64,000 nucleotides of DNA from an uncultured Alphaproteobacteria bacterium (GCA_963772335.1 CAVYXF010000001.1:1271853-1335852); one strand, 5' to 3'. Positions 9,764 through 19,279 are shown, numbered from the stretch's first letter. Notes: generated by a model from the sequence alone, not told the origin. Translations and numbers: made by a program.

Positions 9764-10950
9764 TTTGCGGTCTCGACGGTGCTGGCCTTGGCGGCCCCAT
9801 CGCCGAACCAGGACAGGGCGGTTTTGACGAGGCCCGGCAGCTCGCGCTGGTGGTGGGTGTCGATCTCAACCTCGGTGCTCATGCCGGCGCGCAGGATTTC
9901 GGCGTCCTGCGAGGCGTCAACCGCGATGCGCACGGGGATGCGCTGCACGACCTTCACCCAGTTGCCGGTGGCGTTCTGGGCTGGGATGACCGAAAACTCC
10001 GCGCCAGTCGCTGGCGCAAGACTCTTCACCGTGCCGTGCCAGACCTTGTCTGGATAGGTATCAACCCAGATGTCGACCTTCTGGCCAGGCTTGACGTAGG
10101 TCAGCTGGATTTCCTTGAAATTGGCATCGATCCAGAGGTTCTGCGCCGAGACCAGGCTCATCACCGCGCCGCCCGGGGCCACATATTGGCCGGGCTGCGG
10201 CAGGTTCGAGGCAACGCCGTCGAACGGCGCCTTGACGTTGGTGTGCGCAAGGTCAAGCTGGGCCTTATCCAGCGCGGCCTTGGCCTGGAGATATTGTGGA
10301 ATTGCCTCGACCGCGGTATCGGCGCTGCCGCCGAGCTTGGCGAGCGTGGTCTGCATGGCTTGGCTGTCGAGTACGACCTGCTGGCGCGCGGCATCGAGCG
10401 CGTTCTTGGTGTCGTCCAGCGTCTGCTGGGAGACCACGCTGTTTTTCTCCAGCGCTGCCTGCCGGTCGTATTTGCGCTGGGCGTAGTCGAAATTGATCTT
10501 GGCGAGTGCGAGGCTTTCCTGCTGCTGCTTGTAGGTTTCTTTCAGCGCGTTGAGGTCCTGAGCTGTTTCCGCGAGATTGGCCTTGGCCTGCTCGACGGCG
10601 ATCTCAAAGGGGCGGCGCTCGACATGGAACAGCACATCGCCCGCCTGCACATGCTGATTTTCATGCACGGCGACGTCGGAAATCGATCCGCTGATCTGCG
10701 GGCTGACCGCAACCATATCGGCCTGAACATAGGCGTTGTCGGTCTCGACATAGCGCCCGCCGGTGTAGTACCACCACGCGCCGCCGATGATCACGGCAAG
10801 CGGGCCGGCGATCAGCAGCAGCGGGCGCAGCCAGCGCCGCCGCGCTTTTGGTTTTACCGGTGTGAGAAGCACCGCAGGAGCTGCGGTCGCTGCCGGGTCG
10901 GCATCCTCGACCTCCGGCGCAAGGCCGGTTTCTGTGACTCTTTGGTCCAT
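9760..10950 (-). CDS. emrA: HlyD-family membrane fusion protein (EmrA-like)
   Basis: N-terminal single TM, coiled-coil segment, and a C-terminal beta-barrel/lipoyl-like region typical of EmrA/HlyD. Operonic with the MFS gene. Confidence 0.8.
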   Translation of the reverse strand: MDQRVTETGLAPEVEDADPAATAAPAVLLTPVKPKARRRWLRPLLLIAGPLAVIIGGAWWYYTGGRYVETDNAYVQADMVAVSPQISGSISDVAVHENQHVQAGDVLFHVERRPFEIAVEQAKANLAETAQDLNALKETYKQQQESLALAKINFDYAQRKYDRQAALEKNSVVSQQTLDDTKNALDAARQQVVLDSQAMQTTLAKLGGSADTAVEAIPQYLQAKAALDKAQLDLAHTNVKAPFDGVASNLPQPGQYVAPGGAVMSLVSAQNLWIDANFKEIQLTYVKPGQKVDIWVDTYPDKVWHGTVKSLAPATGAEFSVIPAQNATGNWVKVVQRIPVRIAVDASQDAEILRAGMSTEVEIDTHHQRELPGLVKTALSWFGDGAAKASTVETAK

Positions 10951-10960
10951 GGTTTTCGCT

Positions 10961-11446
10961 TCAGTCTTGTTCTGCTGGAAGGGCCTGGGGCAATTTCTTC
11001 GCCTCGGCCTCGCAATCGATCAGGTTCTGGCGCATGTGCTGCAGCGCCTCGACCATCATGGCCAGTGTCTCAGGGGGAAGCCCCGCAAGCGCATCGGCGC
11101 GGGTCTCGGCCGCCAGGTTCCACATCGTGTCGATGAGCGGCGCGGCCGTTGCGGTGAGATAGAGCTGCACCGCCCGGCGGTCGGCAGGATCGGGCCGGCG
11201 CTCGACCAGGCCCGCCTCTTCGAGGCGGTCGATCAGGCGGGCGAGCGAGATCGGCTGGATTTCCATCAGCTCCGCAAGCGTCGCCTGATTGATGCCTTCG
11301 CGGCGCGACAAATGCGCAAGTGTCTGCCACTGCGTCTCGGTCAGGCCGAGGTCGCGTGCGCGGCGCGTGAAATTGCGCCGCATCAGACGCGAGACGTCTT
11401 TCATCAGGAAGCCGATATTCTGTTCGGGGTCGCGCCTTGCGGCCAT
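10961..11446 (-). CDS. MarR-family transcriptional regulator (likely repressor of the efflux operon)
   Basis: 161 aa with a winged-helix region (LTETQWQTLAHLSRREGINQATLAELMEIQPISLARLIDRLEEAGLVERRPDPADRR). It is the first gene of the marR-hlyD-mfs operon. Confidence 0.8.
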   Translation of the reverse strand: MAARRDPEQNIGFLMKDVSRLMRRNFTRRARDLGLTETQWQTLAHLSRREGINQATLAELMEIQPISLARLIDRLEEAGLVERRPDPADRRAVQLYLTATAAPLIDTMWNLAAETRADALAGLPPETLAMMVEALQHMRQNLIDCEAEAKKLPQALPAEQD

Positions 11447-11470
11447 GACCTCCCCTCCGATTGCATACCA

Positions 11471-11485
11471 AGCTTATAGTAAGCT
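11471..11485. promoter_or_regulatory. Perfect inverted repeat AGCTTA-tag-TAAGCT in AT-rich promoter region upstream of marR; candidate MarR operator
   Basis: Seen directly in the sequence. 6-bp arms with a 3-bp spacer, embedded in the only AT-rich stretch, 25 bp upstream of the marR start. Confidence 0.3.
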
Positions 11486-11808
11486 ACATATATTATATAT
11501 TGCGCTTACATTCAAGCGACCGCTGGATCGCCGCCTTGGCTGTTCCGGCCTGATGGGAGGAGAGAGATGGGCCTAGACAAGGGGAAGGAATCACTGAGGC
11601 TTGGGACAGCTGCGTCAGCAGTCCAGCCTATTGAGATGCGGCATGAAAAGAAGTTTTGGCTTGATGATTATGATCTTTGAGCTTAACCAGCAGCTTTACA
11701 TTATCCGAGTTAAAGCAATGTACTCGTAGCGATGCGTGGAAGCGGCGGAAGAATGACCGCGCCGGCTAATACCCCGCGGGCGGATTGTGTGTTGAAGGAT
11801 TTGATCCC

Positions 11809-14226
11809 ATGCCCACTCCCTTTGTTCACGAGCAGATCAATTTCGCCGACTATCAGGTCAAGGATAACGAGTTCGCCCATCTCTCCCTGCGCGATCTGCT
11901 CGAAGCTCGGGACCTTTATCATGTACATTTGATGCGCCATCCCAACGTCGTTGCGACCGCGGTGGGGCGCTACCGGATTCGCAAAGGCGACAGCTGGCCC
12001 AACGATCCACACAAGCGCAAAGGCACAGGCGTGCGGCGGCTCGACAACTCCGAGATCCGCCCCTATTCCTGGCCTTGCATCCTGGTCTTCGTCGATCAGT
12101 GGGAAGACAAGAAGGCGTTCGCCGAACATCCCGAGGACATGGTGCCGAAGACCCTATTCACGCCGCAGGGCGGGAAGGTGCCGGTCTGCGTGGTCGAGGC
12201 ACCCCGGGAGACGGTCAGCGCGAGGGAGGCGCCCGATGTCCTCTACCCGCTGAACAATGTCGGCCCCGGACACCCGATCATCGCCCGTATCCAGGGCCGG
12301 GAATTCGTCGCAACAATTGCATGTCTGGTAAGCGACGGACACAAGGTCTATGCGCTAACCAACAGGCATGTGACGGGCAGCGGGGGCGAGGTGGTGTTCA
12401 CCGATCTCGGCGGCGTTCGCAAGCCGATCGGCACAAGCGCGGCAAAGCAGCTCGGCCTGGTGCCATTCTCTAAGCTCTATCCGAATTTCCCCGGCCGCGA
12501 CACCTTCGTGAACGTCGATGTCGGCTTGATCGATCTCGACGATGTGACCGATTGGACCTCGAAAATCCGCGATCTTGGCGTGATGGGGCCGATGGCGGAC
12601 TTCAGCGCCGGCAGTATCTCGCTCTCGCTGATCGGCTGTCAGGTGCGGGGCATCGGAGCGGCGGGCGGCGATATGCGCGGTGAGATCCATGCGCTGTTCT
12701 ATCGCTATAAGGCGAGCGGCGGCTTTGAATATGTCGCGGACCTGTTCATCGGCCCGCGCAGCCCGCGCGAGGACCGGACGAAATATGAAGGTGACGACGC
12801 CCATTTCGACACGCTGCCCGGCGATTCCGGAACGCTCTGGCTGCTCGAGCCGATCGAGCCGGCCTCCGCCAGAAAGCCGGCAGCGAATAAGAAATCTGCA
12901 GAGAAGGAGGAGTGCAAGCTTCTGCCGCTCGCGGTGCAGTGGGGCCGGCATAGGCTTAATTCCGCGAGTGAGCATCCGGCGCAAAGCTTTGCCCTGGCGA
13001 CGCTGATCTCGCGCGTGTGCGCCGAGCTGGAGGTCGATATCATTCGCGACTGGAATGTCGACCAGACCGATACCTGGGGATCGATCGGGCATTACTCGAT
13101 TGCCAATCGCGCGCAATTCGCCCTGTCGGAGCGATTTCCCAAGCTGGTCGAGCTAGTGGCAAACAACGCATCTCTCATCAGTCACGACGATGCAACTATC
13201 CTCACTTCCAATTTCAAAGGCACGGGCAAGCAGCCGTTCGTCGCCATGGCGGATGTGCCGGACTTCTTCTGGAAGGCAGGCATTGCCAAGCAAGGCTTTG
13301 CCCGTGCGAATGAGAAACCGAACCACTTTGCCGATATGGACCAGCCGGGGCCGGACGGGCGCACGCTTCTCGACCTTACCAAGGACGACGACTTTATTGA
13401 TCCCGACAAATGGCAGGTCTTCTATGACAGCGTCACCGATGCTCTAAGCGGCGCGCCGATTTCACTCCAGCATCGAGGTCTTCTTCCGTTCCGGGTCTGG
13501 CAGATTTTCGACGACATGGTTGAATTCGCCAGCGACGGGGATGCCGCGCGATTCATCTGCGCGGCCGGGGTGCTGACCCACTATATCGGCGATGCCTGTC
13601 AGCCCCTGCACATCTCCTTCATGCATGATGGCGACCCGACGCGGCCGGTCGAAACCGTGATCACGAAAGGCGCGCATGCCGGGGAGACCAGATTGCACGC
13701 GCTTGGGGAAGGCGTTCACTCAGGCTATGAGGACGAGATGGTGAACGACAACCGCAAAGCGATCCTGGATGCACTCGCGAAGGTGCCGAAAACGGAAGAG
13801 TCCGAATGGATCAACAGCGGCTTTGCCGCTGCGCGCGAGACGATCCGGCTGATGCGCCGAACCGTCAAGACCATTGCGCCGCGTGATTTGGTGGACGCCT
13901 ATGTCGCGGCGGGCGGCAAGACCAACAACAAGTCCGCGGCTGTGCTCTGGCGCGAATTCGGCCCCCGGACCATCAAGGTCATGAAGGATGGCACGCATTT
14001 GCTGGGTGTGCTGTGGGAGAGCGCCTGGGCGGCGGGCAATGGCGAGAAGCACGTCAAGGCAACCGCCCTTGTCGACGGTATGAGGATCGTCCGGGATGAC
14101 GGCTTTCTGCCCTCGATGACGATCAAGGATATCGGATCAATCCTGAAGCACCGCCCTCAATCCATAAGGACCGCGCCTGCTACGCCAGCACCGATCCCGG
14201 CGCTGGCGGAGGACACGGTCAGATAA
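11809..14226 (+). CDS. Fusion protein: N-terminal unknown region + chymotrypsin-fold serine protease domain + C-terminal S1/P1-nuclease / Zn-dependent phospholipase-C superfamily domain. No signal peptide.
   Basis: Protease triad in canonical order: His in YALTNRHVTG, Asp in NVDVGLIDLDD, Ser in LPGDSGTLW (GDSG). The C-terminal domain begins TWGSIGHYSIANRA (WGxxGH zinc-ligand start of S1/P1 nucleases) and carries HFADMD, HYIGDACQPLH and HSGYEDEM. The N-terminus is hydrophilic. Confidence 0.7.
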   Translation: MPTPFVHEQINFADYQVKDNEFAHLSLRDLLEARDLYHVHLMRHPNVVATAVGRYRIRKGDSWPNDPHKRKGTGVRRLDNSEIRPYSWPCILVFVDQWEDKKAFAEHPEDMVPKTLFTPQGGKVPVCVVEAPRETVSAREAPDVLYPLNNVGPGHPIIARIQGREFVATIACLVSDGHKVYALTNRHVTGSGGEVVFTDLGGVRKPIGTSAAKQLGLVPFSKLYPNFPGRDTFVNVDVGLIDLDDVTDWTSKIRDLGVMGPMADFSAGSISLSLIGCQVRGIGAAGGDMRGEIHALFYRYKASGGFEYVADLFIGPRSPREDRTKYEGDDAHFDTLPGDSGTLWLLEPIEPASARKPAANKKSAEKEECKLLPLAVQWGRHRLNSASEHPAQSFALATLISRVCAELEVDIIRDWNVDQTDTWGSIGHYSIANRAQFALSERFPKLVELVANNASLISHDDATILTSNFKGTGKQPFVAMADVPDFFWKAGIAKQGFARANEKPNHFADMDQPGPDGRTLLDLTKDDDFIDPDKWQVFYDSVTDALSGAPISLQHRGLLPFRVWQIFDDMVEFASDGDAARFICAAGVLTHYIGDACQPLHISFMHDGDPTRPVETVITKGAHAGETRLHALGEGVHSGYEDEMVNDNRKAILDALAKVPKTEESEWINSGFAAARETIRLMRRTVKTIAPRDLVDAYVAAGGKTNNKSAAVLWREFGPRTIKVMKDGTHLLGVLWESAWAAGNGEKHVKATALVDGMRIVRDDGFLPSMTIKDIGSILKHRPQSIRTAPATPAPIPALAEDTVR

Positions 14227-14230
14227 CGGC

Positions 14231-14509
14231 CTAAGCAGCGTTCCGGAGGGGGGTGGCGGGCTGGGCATTTGGCTCGGAGGCACTGCCCGCCAGCTCCGTC
14301 GTCTCGCGGAGCATCAGATAACCCTGCCGGTGGAAGCGCCAGCGGTCGGCGGGCTTCAGCGCGCCAAGCGCCCCGTACCCGTTGCCGGTCCAAGGGGCGG
14401 CGAGCCGGATTTCAAATGGCAGTCCCTCAAAACGGCCCTCGGCGAAAATCAGCAAAAGGGATTTGTCGCGCCCAGACCGGGCGAATTCGTAACGTTCGGA
14501 CATAAGCAC
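14231..14509 (-). CDS. Small hypothetical protein (~90 aa), convergent with the protease-nuclease gene
   Basis: GC-rich coding-like ORF with an AGGTG SD-like motif before GTG/ATG. It directly follows an AT-rich putative promoter region. No recognizable motif. Confidence 0.3.
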   Translation of the reverse strand: MLMSERYEFARSGRDKSLLLIFAEGRFEGLPFEIRLAAPWTGNGYGALGALKPADRWRFHRQGYLMLRETTELAGSASEPNAQPATPLRNAA

Positions 14510-14756
14510 CTGCCGGGAATTTTAGAACAAAAAGAGAACAACACAATTCTCTCCGGCTGTCAAACGGGAGTGTACGCGTCCTCGATAACGATCATAAAGG
14601 CGATAGGTTCCTTTATGGCGGATTAACAACTTACTGAGAAATTTAAGAAAATTTGATTTGCGCGCTGCGCAAAGGCTGGATGCAACGCGCGCTGCCAGCG
14701 ACGATCGCTCTCGACATTGAAAATCGGCGCTTGGTCGTTTGGCCCCGGAGCTCTTC

Positions 14757-15662
14757 TCATGGTGGAGCGAAGAAATTGATCAGTTCATCGGCTGTCTGTT
14801 GCGGTATTTCCTCGGCAAAGAAATGACCTCCTGGGAGTGCCGCTCCTCGCACATCGTGAGCCCAATCTCGCCACAAACCAAGTGGACCGCCGGCGTCTGA
14901 ATACCAGTCATTCAGGCCCCCCTGTTTGCTCCAAAGTACGAGAACGGGACAAACGATGCGCCGGCCTCCCGTTTGATCGCTAAGGTCATGCTCATGATCA
15001 ATTGTTGCGCCGGCTCGGTACTCTTCACAAATCGCGTGCACCCGTGCAGGATCACGCAGCTGTTCGACATAGGCCCTGTGGATCTCTGGACCGAACGCCT
15101 CCGACGCCGAACCCCAATTGCTAAGCGCATCCGAGATAACTGCCTCCGGAGCAGCGGAGAGAAGCTTTTCCGGTAGCGGCTCGGGCTGCGCCAGCAGGGA
15201 CCATGGCCAATAGCCGATGGTCAGCCTCTTATCGGCGCGCTTCCAGGCCTCGGCGATCGGAATGACGTCAAGAACGGCGAGCCGCTCGATCACGTCCGGG
15301 TGATCGAGGGCCATGCGGTAGGCCACTCGGCCGCCGCGATCATGCCCCGCGACCGAGAACCGCGAGAACCCAAGTTTTTCCATCATGGCAATCAAGGCCG
15401 CTGCCATTGCTCGCTTCGAAGCCTGGGCGTGATCCGGGCGAGAGACAGGAATGCCGCTACGGCCATAGCCGGGCAGATCGGCGCAGATGACTGTGAAGCT
15501 GCGGGAAAGCAGAGGCGCCACCGATCGCCACATGAGATGCGTCTGCGGAAAGCCGTGCAGCAAGAGGACGGGCCGGCCGGAGCCAAACCGGCGCAAGAAG
15601 ATGGTAGTCTCGCCGGCCAGCACTTCGACAGTTTCGAATTCGTCGAACGGTGGGAGGGTCAT
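14757..15662 (-). CDS. Alpha/beta hydrolase, haloacetate/fluoroacetate dehalogenase-like (epoxide hydrolase family)
   Basis: LLLHGFPQTHLMWRSVAPLL ... ADLPGYGRS ... VAGHDRGGRVAYRMALDHPD closely resembles DehH1/fluoroacetate dehalogenase (nucleophile Asp in HDRGG). Confidence 0.7.
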   Translation of the reverse strand: MTLPPFDEFETVEVLAGETTIFLRRFGSGRPVLLLHGFPQTHLMWRSVAPLLSRSFTVICADLPGYGRSGIPVSRPDHAQASKRAMAAALIAMMEKLGFSRFSVAGHDRGGRVAYRMALDHPDVIERLAVLDVIPIAEAWKRADKRLTIGYWPWSLLAQPEPLPEKLLSAAPEAVISDALSNWGSASEAFGPEIHRAYVEQLRDPARVHAICEEYRAGATIDHEHDLSDQTGGRRIVCPVLVLWSKQGGLNDWYSDAGGPLGLWRDWAHDVRGAALPGGHFFAEEIPQQTADELINFFAPP

Positions 15663-15820
15663 CGCAAGCTCTCGCCATCATTTTGCAGGGCGCTACGTTA
15701 CCGGCAATCCAATCTTGTTCCCGCTGGCATTTTTTCCAGTTGAAACCGCAGACCGCCAGCTGGCGGTACGGATGAAAGCCGGCGTTCACAGCCGATGCGA
15801 TCGCCCTTCACCGGCCGTCA

Positions 15821-16381
15821 TCACAGCGCAACGCAGCAGAACGGCCCTTCGCGCACCGGCGAGGGCACCGCAAGGGCGGAGCAGGCTGCGACCATTCGCC
15901 CCTCCCGGCCCATGATCTCGTCCGCGAGCCGCACCAGGAGGCGGTTCGGCTTGGCGGGAGCGCTCGCCGCGCGCAAGCGCTGGGCAAGCTCGTCTTCGGC
16001 AATCTGCGGGCACAGCAGGCATAGCGCGATGAAGACCGCGGCCGGCGAGCGGCTAATGCCGGCATGACAATGGATGAGAAGCGGCGTGTCTTGGTCCCAG
16101 CCTTCGAGAAAATCGATGAGCTGATGGATGTGATCGGCGTCCGGCGCGATCAGCCCTTCGGCCGGATGATCGATATCGTTCATAATTAAACGCAGATGGT
16201 CTGCCGCCTGGAGATGCGCCGGTGTCACAATATCGGCCATCATCGGTCCATTGATGAGGGTAATGGCGCGCCGCGCGCCGACCTCTTCGGCTCTCTCGAG
16301 CGACCAGATCGGCCCGACAAAAATTTTGCCCGATCCCCTCACGCCTTTGCTCTCCATCAATTCCCGCAGCCTTTCGCCCAT
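15821..16381 (-). CDS. Protein tyrosine/dual-specificity phosphatase family protein
   Basis: CX5R P-loop HCHAGISRSPA. Confidence 0.6.
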   Translation of the reverse strand: MGERLRELMESKGVRGSGKIFVGPIWSLERAEEVGARRAITLINGPMMADIVTPAHLQAADHLRLIMNDIDHPAEGLIAPDADHIHQLIDFLEGWDQDTPLLIHCHAGISRSPAAVFIALCLLCPQIAEDELAQRLRAASAPAKPNRLLVRLADEIMGREGRMVAACSALAVPSPVREGPFCCVAL

Positions 16382-16523
16382 ATATCCTCAATTCGCCGCA
16401 TTCGCAGCTTCGACGATACAGCTTGAGATCAAATTCCTGTTCTATGCTTCGACGAAGGAGCGATTGCAGGGCTGAAAAAGCGTCGACATAATGCGGTAAA
16501 CAGAATTTGGGGAGGAAGTCCCG

Positions 16524-18473
16524 ATGACCGAAGCTCAGGTTTATCCTGTTCCAGATGTTTGGCAGAAGACGGCCTATGTCGATAGCACACGCTATTACGA
16601 GATGTATGAGGCGAGTATTGCCAGCCCGGACATCTTCTGGGGCGAGCACGGGCATCGGATCGACTGGATCAAGCCGTACACCAAGGTGCGCAACGTCTCA
16701 TTTGCGCCCGGCAACGTTTCGATCAAATGGTTCGAGGACGGAACGCTGAATGTCTGCGCCAATTGCGTGGACCGGCACCTCGCCAAGCGCGGCGACAAGG
16801 TTGCGCTAATCTGGGAGGGCGACGATCCTTCCATGGACCTCAAGATCACCTACCGCCAGCTTTACGACCGCGTCTGCCGCTTCGCCAATGTGCTGAAGAA
16901 ACACGGCGCCAAAAAGGGCGACCGCATCACAATTTACCTGCCGATGATCCCCGAGGCAGTCTATGCCATGCTCGCCTGCGCGCGCATCGGGGCGATCCAT
17001 TCCATCGTATTCGGCGGCTTTTCACCAGATAGTCTCGCCAACCGCATCGAGGATTGCGACAGCAACATCGTCATCACCGCCGACGAAGGCCTGCGCGGCG
17101 GCCGCAAGGTGCCGCTCAAAGCCAATGCCGATGAGGCGCTGGAGAAGTGCCCGTCGGTACAGACGGTGATCGTCGTCAAGCGCACCAATGCGCCGGTCGC
17201 GTTCAAGCCGGGGCGGGACGTGTGGTATCACGAGGAAGCCGATACCGTTGCGGCCGAATGTCCGCCCGAGCCGATGAACGCCGAGGACCCGCTGTTCATC
17301 CTCTACACCTCCGGCTCGACCGGCAAGCCGAAGGGCGTGCTGCATACATCCGGCGGCTATCTCGTCTATGTTGCGATGACGCATCAATATGTGTTCGACT
17401 ACAAGGAGGGCGATGTCTATTGGTGCACAGCCGATGTCGGCTGGGTAACCGGTCACAGCTACATCGTTTATGGCCCGCTCGCTAACGGCGCCATATCGCT
17501 GGTGTTCGAGGGCGTGCCGAACTACCCGTCCGCCTCGCGCTTCTGGGAGGTCGTCGACAAGCATAAGGTTAACATCTTCTATACTGCCCCGACCGCGATT
17601 CGGGCGCTGATGGGCGCCGGCGATGAACACGTGAAGAAGACCTCGCGCGCTTCGCTCAAACTGCTCGGCTCGGTCGGCGAGCCGATCAATCCCGAGGCCT
17701 GGGAGTGGTACTACAATGTGGTCGGGGACAAGCGTTGCCCGATCGTCGATACCTGGTGGCAGACAGAGACCGGCGGCATCCTGATCACGCCGCTGCCCGG
17801 CGCTATCCCGACCAAACCCGGCTCGGCGACCAAGCCGTTCTTCGGCATCAAGCCGGCGCTGGTCGATCCCGAGGGCAAGATCCTGGAGGGTGCGGCCTCC
17901 GGCAATCTGGTGATCCTCAATTCCTGGCCGGGGCAGATGCGCACGGTCTACAAGGATCACGAGCGCTTCGAGCAGACCTATTTCTCCGCCTATAAGGGGA
18001 TGTACTTCACCGGCGATGGCTGCCGGCGCGATGAGGACAGCTATTACTGGATCACCGGCCGCGTCGATGATGTGATCAACGTATCCGGCCACCGGATGGG
18101 CACGGCGGAGGTGGAATCCGCCCTTGTCGCCCACCCCAAGGTCGCCGAAGCCGCCTGTGTTGGCTATCCGCATAGCCTCAAGGGCCAGGGGATCTATGTC
18201 TATGTGACGCTGATGGCCGGCGAGCAGCCGACCGAAGAGCTGCGCAAGGAGCTGCGTGATTGGGTGCGTCATGAAATCGGCGCTATCGCCGCGCCCGACC
18301 TCATCCAGTTCGCCCCCGGCCTGCCGAAGACGCGCTCCGGCAAGATCATGCGCCGCATTCTGCGCAAGATAGCCGAGGATGATTTCTCCAATTTGGGCGA
18401 TATTTCCACCCTTGCCGAGCCGGCCGTGGTCAACGACCTGATCGAGAACCGGATGAACCGCCACGGCACTTGA
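16524..18473 (+). CDS. acs: Acetyl-CoA synthetase (AMP-forming acetate-CoA ligase)
   Basis: 649 aa. Motifs [53 protein letters not shown] and the C-terminal [17 protein letters not shown] (the conserved acetylatable Lys). Confidence 0.95.
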   Translation: MTEAQVYPVPDVWQKTAYVDSTRYYEMYEASIASPDIFWGEHGHRIDWIKPYTKVRNVSFAPGNVSIKWFEDGTLNVCANCVDRHLAKRGDKVALIWEGDDPSMDLKITYRQLYDRVCRFANVLKKHGAKKGDRITIYLPMIPEAVYAMLACARIGAIHSIVFGGFSPDSLANRIEDCDSNIVITADEGLRGGRKVPLKANADEALEKCPSVQTVIVVKRTNAPVAFKPGRDVWYHEEADTVAAECPPEPMNAEDPLFILYTSGSTGKPKGVLHTSGGYLVYVAMTHQYVFDYKEGDVYWCTADVGWVTGHSYIVYGPLANGAISLVFEGVPNYPSASRFWEVVDKHKVNIFYTAPTAIRALMGAGDEHVKKTSRASLKLLGSVGEPINPEAWEWYYNVVGDKRCPIVDTWWQTETGGILITPLPGAIPTKPGSATKPFFGIKPALVDPEGKILEGAASGNLVILNSWPGQMRTVYKDHERFEQTYFSAYKGMYFTGDGCRRDEDSYYWITGRVDDVINVSGHRMGTAEVESALVAHPKVAEAACVGYPHSLKGQGIYVYVTLMAGEQPTEELRKELRDWVRHEIGAIAAPDLIQFAPGLPKTRSGKIMRRILRKIAEDDFSNLGDISTLAEPAVVNDLIENRMNRHGT

Positions 18474-18512
18474 GGCTGGCGGGCTAAATAGCAACGCGAA
18501 ATGCGCCGCGAG

Positions 18513-18549
18513 CTGCTCCGCCAGGGCCTACTGGCGGAGCAGTTTTTTG
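18513..18549 (+). terminator. Rho-independent terminator after acs
   Basis: CTGCTCCGCCAG-ggccta-CTGGCGGAGCAG followed by TTTTTTG. Confidence 0.5.
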
Positions 18550-18772
18550 TGCAGATCGCTTACTCGGGCAGGACTTGCTGCTCACGCACGAACCGCCGCG
18601 GCGCGAGAAGAGCTGGCAAGCGAGGCGCCGGCGTTGCAACACCCGTTCGGCGGGTTTATTCGGCGGCTACGCTGACATTCGGCAATCTTGTGACGGCGGT
18701 CACAACGGCAGGGCGTCAATCCCCCTAGGTTCCATCAGAACATGATGTTCAGATAAAACCAAGGGATCGACA

Positions 18773-19279
18773 ATGACCAAACTTCATCGCCTATGTGCTC
18801 TCTTCATCGCAGCTGCGGCGCTCGCTGCCTCGGCCCTCGTCGCCGACGCTTCTGCAAAGCCGCTCTCGGGCAATAACCAGCCGAATGTGGTGTGCATCCG
18901 TGCACCTTGCCCCGGATCCACTCTGCCGAAGGTGGAAAAGCCGCATAAGCCTGACGTGGTGTGCATCCGCGCGCCTTGCCCCGGCTCCTTTCACCCGAAG
19001 GTGGAAAAGCCGCACAAGCCCGACGTGGTGTGCATCCGCGCGCCCTGTGGTCCTTTCAAGCCAATCGTCCGTGACCACCGCAAGCCGGTGACCGATCCGA
19101 TTGTCCGTGACCACCGTACCGACCCGATCGTGCGCGACCATCGCACCACTGTGAATGATCCGATTGTACGGGATCATCGCACGACGTCCCCGGCCAATGC
19201 GCCGGTCGTTCGCGATCACCGCGATCAGGTGGTAGTCCGTGATCACCGCAATGACGTCGTCGTCCGCGACCATCGCTAG
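18773..19279 (+). CDS. Secreted low-complexity repeat protein (signal peptide; 3x VVCIRAPCPG-containing ~20-aa repeats; ~9x (I/V)VRDHR repeats)
   Basis: N-terminal signal peptide MTKLHRLCALFIAAAALAASALVADASA. Tandem repeats are visible in both DNA and protein. Confidence 0.6.
   Translation: MTKLHRLCALFIAAAALAASALVADASAKPLSGNNQPNVVCIRAPCPGSTLPKVEKPHKPDVVCIRAPCPGSFHPKVEKPHKPDVVCIRAPCGPFKPIVRDHRKPVTDPIVRDHRTDPIVRDHRTTVNDPIVRDHRTTSPANAPVVRDHRDQVVVRDHRNDVVVRDHR
18880..19270 (+). repeat. Intragenic tandem DNA repeats (3 x ~60 bp; ~9 x 24-27 bp GATCCGATTGTCCGTGACCACCG-like units)
   Basis: Direct reading. Repeated ccgcataagcctgacgtggtgtgcatccgcgcgccttgccccgg units and gtccgtgaccaccg units. Confidence 0.6.

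Noticed and set aside
9850-11136. 428-aa ORF on + strand across emrA/marR
   Set aside because: Antisense to the HlyD-family and MarR genes, which have clear domain signatures. Low-complexity Gly/Arg/Leu-rich translation.
12355-13116. 253-aa ORF on - strand inside the protease-nuclease gene
   Set aside because: Antisense shadow ORF. The sense strand carries the catalytic motifs.
17022-18494. 490-aa ORF antisense to acs
   Set aside because: acs is unambiguous. The antisense frame is Arg/Gly-rich GC artefact.
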